Below are positions 45,499-55,708 of a stretch of 64,000 nucleotides of DNA, one piece after another; the first letter of the stretch is position 1, and every line of letters begins with the position of its first letter. The DNA is taken from the NCBI GenBank assembly GCA_965228475.1, contig OZ245817.1, forward strand, positions 3,936,001 through 4,000,000. The letters run 5' to 3'. The notes under the pieces are model-generated. The model did not search any database. It was not told the DNA's origin and worked only from the letters and a program-made list of their open reading frames with translations. The DNA is from Myxococcota bacterium (GTDB lineage Bacteria; Myxococcota_A; UBA9160; JAFDDA01). Made by a program: the position numbers and the translations under genes.

Positions 45499-46973
45499 GT
45501 GCACCGGCGACGAAGCGAGCCCCGTGGCTGATCGAACGCGCGCAGCGCACGCCGGAACGGACCGCCGTCGAGTGGCTCGGCGGCGCGGTCTCCTTCGAGC
45601 AACTTGCCGAGCGCACCCTGCGCCGGGCCAGCGCGCTGCAAGACCGGGGCGTGCGGCGGTCCGATCGCGTGGCGGCGCTCCTGCCGAACGGTCTCGACTT
45701 CGTCGAGCTCTTCCATGCGGTCGACGCCCTCGGAGCGACCCTCGTTCCGCTGAACGCGAGGCTCACCGTCCCGGAGCTTCGCTTCCAGCTCGCCGATGCC
45801 GAGCCTCGGATCCTCACCCAGGGAACCGACGCCGCCGGGGAACGCGCCAGGGAGGCGGCCGCTCGAACCGGGATCCCCTCCGTCCCCATCGAGGCGCTTC
45901 GTTCCGAAGGGGCGCCCGCGCTCGAGACGACCCCGGAGGAGACTCCGGTCGCCCTCCTCTACACGTCCGGAACGACCGGCGAGCCCAAGGGCGCGCTGCT
46001 CTCCCGGCGCGCCATGGCCGCGAGCGCCCGAGCTTCGTCCGAGCATCTTGGGACGGGGCCCGAAGACCGCTGGCTCGCCTGCCTGCCGCTCTATCACGTG
46101 GGCGGGCTCTCGCTGCTCGTGCGCAGCGCCCTCGATGGCAGCCCACTCGTCGTGCACGAACGCTTCGACGCCAGCGCGGTGGCCGCCCGCCTGGCCGCTG
46201 GCGACGTCAGCGGAATCTCCCTCGTGCCCACCCAGCTCGAGCGGCTGCTCGACACCACGCGGGACCGGACGGCGCCCGCTCCCCTGCGAATCGTGCTGCT
46301 CGGCGGAGCACCGGTCTCGACCGCGCTCGAGGCGCGCGCCGCGGCGGCGGGCTACCCGATCGCGCCGACCTACGGCCTGACCGAGGCCTCCTCCCAGGTC
46401 GCGACGCGTACTCCCGGGTCCGCGCGAAGCGGGCTCACGCCGCTCCCCGGGATCGCCCTCCGCATCCTCGACGAAGCGGGCCACCCGTGCGCAGCGGCGG
46501 ACGTCGGGGAGATCGCGGTGCACGGCGCGACCGTGATGAGCGGATACTGGCGCCGCGAGCCGGCGACGTGCGCGGTCCTCCGCGATGGCTGGCTGCGCGC
46601 GGGCGACGCGGGCTGGCTCGACGCCGAGGGCGACCTCCACGTCGTCGACCGACGCCGGGACCTGATCGTCTCCGGCGGAGAGAACGTCTACCCCGCCGAG
46701 ATCGAACGCGTCCTCGCAGGCCACCCCGGGGTCGAAGAGGCCGCGGTTCGCGGCGTGGCGGACGCCGCGTTCGGCGAGCGCCCGGTGGCGTGGATCGTCC
46801 CGCGCGGCGAAGGCGTCGATGCCACCGGACTCATCGCGCACTGTCGAAACGAACTCGCGGGGTACAAGATCCCGATCCGCTTTCACGCCGTCGAGTCGTT
46901 GCCCCGCAACGCCCTGGGCAAGCTCCTACGCCGCGCCCTCGAGGAGCCCTCGGCTAGCGAAGGCGCAGGCTGA
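45495..46973 (+). CDS. menE: o-succinylbenzoate--CoA ligase
   Basis: [37 protein letters not shown] and GKLLR. Confidence 0.9.
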   Translation: MSAPATKRAPWLIERAQRTPERTAVEWLGGAVSFEQLAERTLRRASALQDRGVRRSDRVAALLPNGLDFVELFHAVDALGATLVPLNARLTVPELRFQLADAEPRILTQGTDAAGERAREAAARTGIPSVPIEALRSEGAPALETTPEETPVALLYTSGTTGEPKGALLSRRAMAASARASSEHLGTGPEDRWLACLPLYHVGGLSLLVRSALDGSPLVVHERFDASAVAARLAAGDVSGISLVPTQLERLLDTTRDRTAPAPLRIVLLGGAPVSTALEARAAAAGYPIAPTYGLTEASSQVATRTPGSARSGLTPLPGIALRILDEAGHPCAAADVGEIAVHGATVMSGYWRREPATCAVLRDGWLRAGDAGWLDAEGDLHVVDRRRDLIVSGGENVYPAEIERVLAGHPGVEEAAVRGVADAAFGERPVAWIVPRGEGVDATGLIAHCRNELAGYKIPIRFHAVESLPRNALGKLLRRALEEPSASEGAG

Positions 46974-49506
46974 GGAGACCCTGGGGACGGAGGTCCGCAC
47001 GAACCTCCCGGCCCTCCCGGGTGAAGGCGGCGGAATCGGGCGCTTCGTCGAGGCGCACGGCCGAGACCTCGCTCGTGCCCGGCGGAAGCAGGAGCCGGCC
47101 CGCCACCGCTTCGCCACTCGGATTCAGGACGCGCAGGATGGTGCCGTCCCCGTCCTCGGCGGGCTTCCAGGCGGAGAGCACGAGCGGCGCCGAGAGTTCG
47201 AGCGACGCCGTGCCGGCCTCGAGCAATGGCGCATCGCCGGCCGCGACGGCCCGCAGGCCGAGCTCCGCCGCGCGCGCGGCGGCGGCGTCCTCCCCCGCAA
47301 AGAGGGAAAGCCTCGCGCGCAGCGGGCCGGGGCACTGCGCCAGCGGCGTCGCGTTGCCCGGGCCGGCCGGGCCCGGGCGCGAACGCAGGTCATGGCGCGA
47401 GAGATCGCCGACGCAGCGCAACAGGGTCAGCGCGATCGCGCCCTCCGCATCGACCTCGGCCTCGTTCAGGCCGGGCGCCACGACGGTGAGACCGCCGGCG
47501 TGCACCCAGCCCTGGGCGGGGAAGGTGGCGGGTGCGGGATGGATCCAGTCTTCGCTCGGGAGGGGCCCGGGTGCCCTCGACTCCGCCCCGAAGGTCGTGG
47601 CGGCCTGGAACGCGGACGCGGGGCTTCCGGAAGGGAAGAGCAGCCGCAGGCGGTGGTCCTCGGCCCGGTTCTCCACCGCGACTTCCAGGTCGACGCGCGG
47701 AACGCCCGGCGCGACGCGCAAGGTCATCTCCACCACGAACGAACCTTCGCCCACCCGCGCCTCGCGTTCGGCATCGAGGGCGGCGCCAAGGGCGAACTCA
47801 CGGCGGACGAGGATCCGCTCGATCCCGGACGCGTGCCGGAAGCGGCGGATCGCGACCGCGACGAGACGCACTTCGTCCGGGGCGAGGAGGTCCGCGTCGT
47901 AGGTATCGCCGCGGTCGCCGAGATCCTCGATCGCGCCGAGGCCGCGGAAGACCCGGCCCGCGAGATCGACGTCGAAGCGGCCGTCGTCCTGGACGGTCAC
48001 CGCGACGTCCTCGGCGCGGATCGTCCGCCCCTCGTCGGCTTTTTCTTCGCAACGCTCCGCCAGGCGCAGGGGAACGCGCTTCCACCCGAAAGCCGGCACG
48101 TCGCGCACGACGAACTCGAGGTCGACGGGAGGCCGATCCGGCAGCAGGGCCATGCGCCCCTCGCGAGCCGCCTCCACCCGAACGGGAACGCCGTCGACGG
48201 TGAAGCCGGGAGGGTCGAGGCTGCGCAGCGCGGCGGGGTGCATCCCGCCGACCGGGTCGCCCTCTTCGACCGGCGCCATCCACGGGTGGGGATCGATGGC
48301 GAACCGGACGACGTCGGTCCGGGGGCATGGCGACGGGTTGAAGACGGCGAGGTCCGGCTCCGCGGTCCACGGGCTCACGCGGTCGGGGCCGAGACCCGCG
48401 AGGCGCTCGAGCATGCGCTGGGTCGTCGCCTCGGCGAGCCCCTCGGCGGCATCGAAACGGCCCCGCATCTGCTCGTGGACTTCGTCGTGGGAGCAGCCGC
48501 AGATGGAATCGTGGGCGTGATTCGGGAGGAGCGTCCGCCACGCCAGGCGCAGGGACGGCCGCTCGTCCGGAAGGCCGTGCCCCAGGCCGAGAGCGACGAA
48601 GGGCTCGGCCCAACCTTCGAGCGCGGCTTCGCACGCGCGGTTGCGCAGCTTGATCCAGGTCCGGGCGGACCAGACGCCCGGCAGCAGGTTCGCCTCCCGC
48701 CCGCCGACGAGCTCGCCGCGATGGACGGCGTCTTCCGCCGGCGCCGGCATGCCCTCGAGAAAATCCTCCAGGAGACCGCGCTCGACCTCGTGGCCGGTCT
48801 CCTTCGCCAGCGCCTCGGCCAGCTCGCCGGTCCGCGCTTCGGGCAGCGCATGGTCGATCCCGTTCATCAGGAGCTGGCGGCCGCTCCGGCAGCGCGCCGC
48901 CCCCTCGCGCGCCGTCGCGGCGATCCGCCGCGCGGCGGCGGCGGGCTCACTCGCGAGGCCCGTCGCGGCGTTGAAGTAGCCCCGGGCGAGGTGGCAGGCG
49001 AGCAGCCGGGTTCCGTCCGCTCCCTCCCACCAGTACTCGGTCGGAAGTTCGTCGAGCTCGCTCCCGTTGCCCCGCCAATAGACGAAGGCGCTCATCCCGA
49101 AACCGGCGAAGAGCTGCGGGAACTGCGAGGGGTGACCGAAGGAGTCCGGCGTGTAGGCCACGCGCGAGGCCGGACCGATCTCCTCCGCGGCCCGGCGCCC
49201 CTCGAGCAGGTTCCGCACGTGGGCTTCGCCCGAGGGCAGGAGCGAATCCGGCTGGACGTACCACGGCCCGATGGCGATGCGGCCGGCACGGCACAGGGCG
49301 GAGAGGGTCTCGCGCTGGTCCGGACGGACTTCGAGGTAGTCCTCGATCACGATCGACTGGCCGTCGAGCAGGAAGCGGTATCCGGGATCCCGGGCACACA
49401 GTTCGAGCAGGCGGTCGACGGCATCGACGAGCCGGCCCCGGAAATCCTGATGGGTCCGATACCATTCGCGGTCCCAGTGCGTGTGGGTGACGAGCGTGCA
49501 GCGCAT
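46954..49506 (-). CDS. Glycoside hydrolase family 38 (alpha-mannosidase/MngB-like)
   Basis: HTHWDREWY, FLLDGQ, GPWYVQPD, PDSFGH, GIDH and HDSICGCS. Confidence 0.92.
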   Translation of the reverse strand: MRCTLVTHTHWDREWYRTHQDFRGRLVDAVDRLLELCARDPGYRFLLDGQSIVIEDYLEVRPDQRETLSALCRAGRIAIGPWYVQPDSLLPSGEAHVRNLLEGRRAAEEIGPASRVAYTPDSFGHPSQFPQLFAGFGMSAFVYWRGNGSELDELPTEYWWEGADGTRLLACHLARGYFNAATGLASEPAAAARRIAATAREGAARCRSGRQLLMNGIDHALPEARTGELAEALAKETGHEVERGLLEDFLEGMPAPAEDAVHRGELVGGREANLLPGVWSARTWIKLRNRACEAALEGWAEPFVALGLGHGLPDERPSLRLAWRTLLPNHAHDSICGCSHDEVHEQMRGRFDAAEGLAEATTQRMLERLAGLGPDRVSPWTAEPDLAVFNPSPCPRTDVVRFAIDPHPWMAPVEEGDPVGGMHPAALRSLDPPGFTVDGVPVRVEAAREGRMALLPDRPPVDLEFVVRDVPAFGWKRVPLRLAERCEEKADEGRTIRAEDVAVTVQDDGRFDVDLAGRVFRGLGAIEDLGDRGDTYDADLLAPDEVRLVAVAIRRFRHASGIERILVRREFALGAALDAEREARVGEGSFVVEMTLRVAPGVPRVDLEVAVENRAEDHRLRLLFPSGSPASAFQAATTFGAESRAPGPLPSEDWIHPAPATFPAQGWVHAGGLTVVAPGLNEAEVDAEGAIALTLLRCVGDLSRHDLRSRPGPAGPGNATPLAQCPGPLRARLSLFAGEDAAAARAAELGLRAVAAGDAPLLEAGTASLELSAPLVLSAWKPAEDGDGTILRVLNPSGEAVAGRLLLPPGTSEVSAVRLDEAPDSAAFTREGREVRADLRPQGLLSLRLR

Positions 49507-49619
49507 GGGGACATTGTCTCCCGGCCGTGGTGCAGGAACAAGACGCATGCAGGGGCGGCGCTGCACGCATCCCCACGCCCCATGCGCCATCCTCTGGACC
49601 GTTTCACATGGAGAACGAC

Positions 49620-49934
49620 ATGCAGCGACGATCGGTACCCGCCTGGCCGGCCCTCCTGGCCATCGCCCCGCTCCTGGCGACGGGCTGTTTCAACGACGCC
49701 TTCTCGACGGTGAAGCACGAGGGCTCCGACGGGCCCGGACGCTTCTCCCTGGTGATCGAGCCGGCGAGGACCGACGTCGACGGGAGCCATTTCCTGCTCG
49801 ATACGGCGACCGGGGACGTCTGGCGCCTGGAGACCCGGGACGGCGAGACGGGCGAATGGGTCCGGGTCGGTGAAGCGCCGCGGGACGTGCGCTCGCTCGA
49901 GCCCGAAGCTCCGGCCGCGCCCGAAGAAGGCTAG
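49620..49934 (+). CDS. Small hypothetical lipoprotein
   Basis: GGAG RBS, lipobox ATGC, LLDTATGDVW motif. Confidence 0.65.
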   Translation: MQRRSVPAWPALLAIAPLLATGCFNDAFSTVKHEGSDGPGRFSLVIEPARTDVDGSHFLLDTATGDVWRLETRDGETGEWVRVGEAPRDVRSLEPEAPAAPEEG

Positions 49935-50845
49935 GCCGACGGCGCGCGCCGCGACCAGCGAGCGGCGACGAGCGACCCCGACACGTTGTGCCACACGCTG
50001 AAGAGCGCACCCGGCAGCGCTGCCAGGGCGTTCAGGTGCTGCACCGCCAGGGCCACGGCGAGACCGGAGTTCTGCATGCCGACCTCGATCGCGAGCGTCC
50101 GCCGCTGGGCTTCCGGCAACCCGAAGCCGGCCGCCGCGAAGTAGCCGAGGGCGAGGCCGGCCGTGTTGTGCAGAACGACCCCGGCGACGAGCACGCCCGA
50201 GAGCGCCGCCAGACGTTCGTGGGAGAGCGCGACGACGATCGCGATGATCACCGCGATGGCGACCACCGAAGCGAGCGGCAGCGCGGCCTTCACGCGGCCG
50301 AGCCGCTCACCGAGCCAGACGTTCGCCGCGACGCCGAGCGAGACGGGCACCAGCACGATCTTGAAGATGCTCTGCATCATTCCGCCGACGTCGACCTCGA
50401 CCGTGGTTCCGATCCAGAAGCCCGCGAGCACCGGCGTCGCGAGCACGGCCAGCACCGTCGAGACCGCGGTCAGCGTGATCGAGAGCGCGACGTCCGCCCG
50501 CGCCAGGTAGCAGATCACGTTCGACGCGGTGCCCCCCGGACAGCTACCGACGAGGATGAGGCCCGCCGCGATCTCGTCGGGCAGCCCGAGCGCGCGCGCG
50601 ATGACGAACGCGAGGGCGGGCATCCCCGCGAACTGGAGCGCGGCCCCGAGCGCCAGCACGCGCGGCCTCTCGGCGACGGCGCGGAAGTCGCGGGGCAGGA
50701 GCGTCGCTCCCATGCCGAACATGACGAGGCCGAGCAGCGGGACGATCGCGGGCCGGAGAGGAACGAAGACCTCGGGGCGAACGAAGGCCGCCGCCGCGAA
50801 CAGGACGGCCCAGACCGGAAAGAGATCCGTCAGGCGCTTCACCAT
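49931..50845 (-). CDS. Bile acid:sodium symporter (BASS) family protein
   Basis: MFGMG, CPGGTASNV and EVGMQNSGLA. Confidence 0.93.
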   Translation of the reverse strand: MVKRLTDLFPVWAVLFAAAAFVRPEVFVPLRPAIVPLLGLVMFGMGATLLPRDFRAVAERPRVLALGAALQFAGMPALAFVIARALGLPDEIAAGLILVGSCPGGTASNVICYLARADVALSITLTAVSTVLAVLATPVLAGFWIGTTVEVDVGGMMQSIFKIVLVPVSLGVAANVWLGERLGRVKAALPLASVVAIAVIIAIVVALSHERLAALSGVLVAGVVLHNTAGLALGYFAAAGFGLPEAQRRTLAIEVGMQNSGLAVALAVQHLNALAALPGALFSVWHNVSGSLVAARWSRRAPSA

Positions 50846-50918
50846 GCGCGGGCCCCGGGCTTCGACATGTGCCTGTGTTAGCGGATCGCGAGGAAGGTGC
50901 AGGTGCTAGATTCGGGAG

Positions 50919-51191
50919 ATGGCCGAGATCATCGTCGAAGTTCGCGGAGAGGAAGAGTTCCGGGTCCGGGTCAGCGAGGGCGAGACCCACACCACCCATC
51001 GCGTGACCGCACGCCGGGACCAGCAGCAACGCTACGCACCGGACGCACCGCCCGAGAAGCTGATCGAGGAGTCCTTCCGGTTCCTGCTCGAACGCGAGCC
51101 GAAAGAATCGATCCTCCAGGTCTTCGAGCTGCCGGTGATCGAGCAGTACTTCCCGGAGTTCCCGGCGGAGATCGCCAGGCGTCTCGGCTAG
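50919..51191 (+). CDS. Small hypothetical protein (90 aa)
   Basis: Protein-like composition (SFRFLLEREPKESIL); TAGATT 6 nt upstream of ATG. Confidence 0.7.
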   Translation: MAEIIVEVRGEEEFRVRVSEGETHTTHRVTARRDQQQRYAPDAPPEKLIEESFRFLLEREPKESILQVFELPVIEQYFPEFPAEIARRLG

Positions 51192-51198
51192 ACCGGCA

Positions 51199-52170
51199 CT
51201 AGCGCGCGAGGCGTTCGTTCAGGAAGACCCCCACGTCGTCGACCGCTTCCTGCCCCTCGGGCAGAAGCGACGTCGCCACCATCCAATCGTGGAACATCGC
51301 GGGCCACTCGCGCGCCTGCACGTCGACGCTCGCGGTCTTCAGCCGCTCGACGAAGTCCCGGATCTGATCGGCCAGCACCTCGGCGCCCGCCCACTGGACG
51401 AGCAGCGGCGGGAGGCCCGCGAGTTCCGCCCCGGCGGGCGTCCAGCGCGGATCGCGCGGGTCGCCGTCGCCGAGGGCCTGGGCGAACCAGAAGCCGAGGA
51501 GCTCCGCATCGAGGCAGTCCGTCCCCGCGTTGCTTTCGAGACTTCCGCCTTGCGCCGGAGGGTCGACCCACGGACACAGGAGGACCCCGGCCGCCGGCAG
51601 AGGCTCTCCGGCGTCCCGCGCCTGGAGCAGCGTCGCGAGGGTGAGACCGCCGCCGGCCGAGTCTCCCGCGACGGCGAGGGACGCGGGCGGGACTCCCTCG
51701 GCGAGCAGCGCCCGGTAGACGGCGAAGCAATCGTCCTGCGCCGCCGGCAGGAGGTGCTCGGGCCCGAGCCGGTAGTCGGGCGCCACCACGCGTGCGCCGG
51801 TCGCCTCGGCAAAGTGCGCGATCAGGCCTCGATAGGCCTGGGCGGTGCCGATCACGTAACCGCCGCCGTGGAGATAGAGCAGGGTTCGCCCCGAGGTTCG
51901 CGAGGGCGTGCAGACCAGGCACGCGACGCCCGCGAACTCCGCGTCCTCGAGGCGCACGCGCGCCAGGATCGGCTCGCGGACCGGGAACCGGCCTTGCGCC
52001 TCTCGCAGCCAGGGGATCCCGTGCTCCTTCGAGCGGTGCATCAACCGGCGGATCGCGCTCACGAGGATCTCCGCGCGCAGCGCCCGGCCCGGCGGGTGCG
52101 GCCCGCGGCGAAGGTGTCGAAACGAGGCATCGAACAGGGCGGCGATGGCGTCGAGGAGCATCCCGATCAT
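51199..52170 (-). CDS. HSL-family esterase/lipase (alpha/beta hydrolase)
   Basis: HGGGY, DYRLGPE, GDSAGG and MFH. Confidence 0.92.
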   Translation of the reverse strand: MIGMLLDAIAALFDASFRHLRRGPHPPGRALRAEILVSAIRRLMHRSKEHGIPWLREAQGRFPVREPILARVRLEDAEFAGVACLVCTPSRTSGRTLLYLHGGGYVIGTAQAYRGLIAHFAEATGARVVAPDYRLGPEHLLPAAQDDCFAVYRALLAEGVPPASLAVAGDSAGGGLTLATLLQARDAGEPLPAAGVLLCPWVDPPAQGGSLESNAGTDCLDAELLGFWFAQALGDGDPRDPRWTPAGAELAGLPPLLVQWAGAEVLADQIRDFVERLKTASVDVQAREWPAMFHDWMVATSLLPEGQEAVDDVGVFLNERLAR

Positions 52171-52199
52171 CGCCCGAGGCTACACGCTACGCTCGGCCC

Positions 52200-53084
52200 A
52201 TGCAGCAAGCCCCCCCGTGGTTCACCGAAGCCATCACGACGCCCTACGAGGAGCACACCGTCCGGGTCGACGGCTGTGACATCCACTACCTGGCCTGGGG
52301 CGACGCACGAAAGCCCGGCCTCGTCCTGGTGCACGGCGGGGCCGCGCACGCCCACTGGTGGAGCTTCATCGCGCCGCACCTCACGCGGGACTACCGCGTC
52401 GTCGCGCTCGACCTCTCGGGCCACGGCGAGAGTGGGCGCCGCGAGGACTACCCGCGCGACCAGTTCGCCCGCGAAGTCTTCGGCGTGATCGAGGACGCGA
52501 GCTTCACCGGCAAGCCGATCGTCGTCGGGCACAGCCTCGGCGGCATCGTCACGATCATCACCGCCGCGACCTTCGGGGAGCAGCTCGCCGGTGCCGTCAT
52601 CGTCGACTCCCCCGTCCGCAAGCCGGACCCGGAGACCCAGGAGGGCACGCGCGGCAAGGCGTTCCGCAACCCGAAGGTCTACCCGAGCGAGGAGGAGGCG
52701 CTCGCCCACTTCCGGCTCGTCCCTTCCCAGCCTTGTGACAACGACTTCATCGTCGACCACATCGCCCGGCACTCGCTGCGCGAGACGGACCACGGGTTCA
52801 CCTGGAAGTTCGACAAGCGGGTCTTTCCCTCGACGGCGCCGCTGCCGATGTCGGACTACCTGAAGCAGGTGCCGTGTCGCATCGCCCTCATGCGCGGCGA
52901 GTGGAGCGTCGTGGTGCTGCCGGAAACGGCCGAATACATGTACGAGCTGCTCGAGAGAAACGCGCCGCTGGTGGAGATTCCCCAGGCCCACCACCACCTC
53001 TTCCTGGACCAGCCCCTGGCCTTCATCGCCGCGCTCCGGACCCTGCTCGCGGATTGGGAGCACTCGATCCCCCGCCGCCGCTAG
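52200..53084 (+). CDS. Alpha/beta hydrolase
   Basis: VHGG, DLSGHGES, GHSLGG and HHLFLDQP. Confidence 0.9.
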   Translation: MQQAPPWFTEAITTPYEEHTVRVDGCDIHYLAWGDARKPGLVLVHGGAAHAHWWSFIAPHLTRDYRVVALDLSGHGESGRREDYPRDQFAREVFGVIEDASFTGKPIVVGHSLGGIVTIITAATFGEQLAGAVIVDSPVRKPDPETQEGTRGKAFRNPKVYPSEEEALAHFRLVPSQPCDNDFIVDHIARHSLRETDHGFTWKFDKRVFPSTAPLPMSDYLKQVPCRIALMRGEWSVVVLPETAEYMYELLERNAPLVEIPQAHHHLFLDQPLAFIAALRTLLADWEHSIPRRR

Positions 53085-53099
53085 CGCTCGCCTCGGTCC

Positions 53100-53128
53100 T
53101 TGCCGGCCGCCGAGCCATCCGTTGTAAT
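53100..53128 (+). promoter_or_regulatory. Putative sigma70 promoter for the DUF3015-DUF4105 pair
   Basis: TTGCCG, 17 nt, TGTAAT; short hairpin CGCTCCG-CTT-CGGAGCG in the leader. Confidence 0.45.
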
Positions 53129-53194
53129 TACGAGGCGCTCCACTTCCGGGGCGTTTCGCGCTCCGCTTCGGAGCGTTCGGAAAGGAACGGTGTC

Positions 53195-53701
53195 ATGAGA
53201 ATTGGGGGGATGACTCGGTGGCTCGTCGCGACGGGCGCTTTGGCGCTGGTGGTGACGGCCCCGTTCCAGGCTGCGCAGGCAGACGACGACATCGGCTGCG
53301 GCGTGGGTACCACGATCATGGAAGGCGAAAACGGACTGATCCCGCACCTGCTGGGTTCGTTCACAAACGGCATCACGTTCCAGTCGATCTCGCTGACGTT
53401 CGGGCTGATGGGCTGCGATGCCAACGACACGATCACGGCCGACGCCCAGCTCCGAAAGTTCGCGAGCGGCAACATCGACCGGCTCTCGCGAGACATGGCG
53501 ATGGGCAGTGGCGAGAGCCTCGATGCCTTCGCCACGCTGCTCGGCGTGGCCCCCGAGCACCGCGCGGCTTTCGGCCGCACGGTCCAGGCGGGCTTCGGTG
53601 AGCTCTTCCCGGCCGAGACCACGACGGTCGGCGAGATGCTCCACGCGCTCGACGGCGTGCTGGCGCGCGACGCCCAGCTCGCCCGCTACGTGCGGAGCTA
53701 G
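53195..53701 (+). CDS. DUF3015 family exported protein
   Basis: Signal peptide, GCGVG motif, GC and DMAMGSGESL; typical neighbour of DUF4105. Confidence 0.8.
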   Translation: MRIGGMTRWLVATGALALVVTAPFQAAQADDDIGCGVGTTIMEGENGLIPHLLGSFTNGITFQSISLTFGLMGCDANDTITADAQLRKFASGNIDRLSRDMAMGSGESLDAFATLLGVAPEHRAAFGRTVQAGFGELFPAETTTVGEMLHALDGVLARDAQLARYVRS

Positions 53702-53709
53702 CGCACGCA

Positions 53710-55686
53710 ATGGCGCCCGCTCCGGGCGGCTCCGGCCGTCCGGAGCGGGCCGTCCTTCTCGCCCTCGCCCTCTCGGGCCTCGCGGCGGCCCTCCTCGGCC
53801 CCGCCCCGCCCGCCGAAGCCGCAAACCCCGCAGCCGACGCGGCCCTCCTCTTCGAACGCGCCGAACGCCTCGAGCTCGCCGAGCACCCGAGCTGGCGCGC
53901 GCTCCTTCACTACGAACGACGCTGGCTCCCGCCGGGATTCCGCAGCGCAGCCCAGTCGCCCGAGCTCTTCCTCGACGAACGCGGACACGCCGACGCCCGG
54001 GCCGAGCTCGAAGCGACCCTGCGCGGCCTCCTCGACCCGGCGGCGCGCTCCCGACGTGGTGAACCCGTGCGCTGCTCCTTCCCGGCGCGCGCGCTCTGGC
54101 TGACGAAGCAGCTCGGAGTCCCCGACGGGCTCTTCCCCGACGTGCCCTGCCCCGAGCTCTCCGCCTGGCGCAAGGAAGTGAAGGCCGAGACGCTCACCAT
54201 CGTCTTCCCCGAGGCGTACATGGACAGCCCGGCTTCGATGTTCGGGCACACGCTCCTTCGGCTCGATCCCGGCGGCGACGAGCCCGCGAACGAGCTCCTC
54301 GGGCACGCCATCGACTTCACCGCCGACTCGGGCGGCGAACAGGGCCCGGTCTATCTGATCAAGGGGGTCACCGGGCGCTATCCGGCCCGCTTCGGCCTGA
54401 ATCCGTTCTGGGAAAAGCTCAAGCAGTACGCCGACTGGCAGAACCGCGACCTCTGGGAGTACCCGCTCGACCTCACGCCCGGGGAGATCGAACTCGTCAT
54501 CCTCCACCTCTGGGAGCTGCGCGACGTCGAGTTCCCGTACTGGTTCTTCGACGAGAACTGCTCCTACCACCTCGTGCGGGTCCTGCAGGTGGCGCGGCCG
54601 GACATCGCCGTCACCCACGGCTTCCCGATCAGCGTGATGCCGATCGACACGGTCCGCGACGTGATCGATCCCGTGGGAACGAGCGGGCCGACCGAGTTCC
54701 GTCCCTCCCCCGCCACGCGCCTCCGCCACGCGATGGCGACCCTGCCGCGCATCGAGGTCGGACGCGCGCGCGCCCTCGCCGATGGCGCCCTCGAACCGGA
54801 TGCCCCGGAGCTCGCGGCGCTACCCGCCCCGGTGCGGGCGCGCATCCTCGGCCTCGCCTACGACACGCTCCGCTTCCGCTTCCTCGACGAAGGCGTGCGC
54901 CAGGACGACGCCCGGAAACGCGCCCACCGCCTGCTGCTCGCACGAAGCAGGCTCGGGAAGGCGGCGCCGCTCCCCGCGGTGCCGACCCCCGCGACCCGTC
55001 CCGACGAGGGCCACGGGTCGGCCATGGCCGCGCTCGCCGCCGGCGTCGAGGACGACCGGCCCTACCTCGACCTCCGCATCCGCCCGGCCCTCCACGACCG
55101 GCTCGACCCGACCCGCGGCCACTCCCCGAACGCCACCATCCGCGTGCTCGATGCCACCGTTCGCTGGTACCCCGCGCTCGGCCGCTTCCGATTCCACGAA
55201 CTCGTCGCTCTCGAGATCCGCTCGGAACCGCCGATCGACCGGCTCGCCGCCTCTCCCTCCTGGCACTTCGACACCGGCCTGCGCACCCGGCTCCGCCCCC
55301 GCAGCGATGGCGACCTCGACGCCGAACCCGTCTGGCGCAGCGAAGGCGGCGTCGGCGTGACCTTCGCCATGGCCGACGAGCTGCGCTTCAACCTCTTCGC
55401 GGAACTGCGCGCCGAGACCGGCGGCTCCCTCGACCGCGGCGGCGCCTTCGGGCCGGGCATCGCCGCCCAACTCGCCCTCGGCGCGCCCGACGAACCCTCG
55501 CGCCTTCAGTTCGGGTTCCGCGCGCACCGCTTCCTCGCCGGCGACACCGCGACGGTCCTCGAGGGCCGCGCCAACCACACGATGCGCCTCGGCGAGCACT
55601 TCGCGCTCGTCTCGGGCTTCGGCTGGAACCGCGACTCGGACAAGTCCTGGCTCGACGGCCGCCTCGAACTCCGCTTCTACTACTAG
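53710..55686 (+). CDS. DUF4105 (Lnb N-terminal-like) domain protein with probable C-terminal beta-barrel
   Basis: W..LLHY, CSFPAR, SMFGHTLLR and YWFFDENCS; amphipathic C-terminal strands ending LRFYY. Confidence 0.82.
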   Translation: MAPAPGGSGRPERAVLLALALSGLAAALLGPAPPAEAANPAADAALLFERAERLELAEHPSWRALLHYERRWLPPGFRSAAQSPELFLDERGHADARAELEATLRGLLDPAARSRRGEPVRCSFPARALWLTKQLGVPDGLFPDVPCPELSAWRKEVKAETLTIVFPEAYMDSPASMFGHTLLRLDPGGDEPANELLGHAIDFTADSGGEQGPVYLIKGVTGRYPARFGLNPFWEKLKQYADWQNRDLWEYPLDLTPGEIELVILHLWELRDVEFPYWFFDENCSYHLVRVLQVARPDIAVTHGFPISVMPIDTVRDVIDPVGTSGPTEFRPSPATRLRHAMATLPRIEVGRARALADGALEPDAPELAALPAPVRARILGLAYDTLRFRFLDEGVRQDDARKRAHRLLLARSRLGKAAPLPAVPTPATRPDEGHGSAMAALAAGVEDDRPYLDLRIRPALHDRLDPTRGHSPNATIRVLDATVRWYPALGRFRFHELVALEIRSEPPIDRLAASPSWHFDTGLRTRLRPRSDGDLDAEPVWRSEGGVGVTFAMADELRFNLFAELRAETGGSLDRGGAFGPGIAAQLALGAPDEPSRLQFGFRAHRFLAGDTATVLEGRANHTMRLGEHFALVSGFGWNRDSDKSWLDGRLELRFYY

Positions 55687-55708
55687 CTGCCCGGCGCGCG
55701 GGCCGGGT

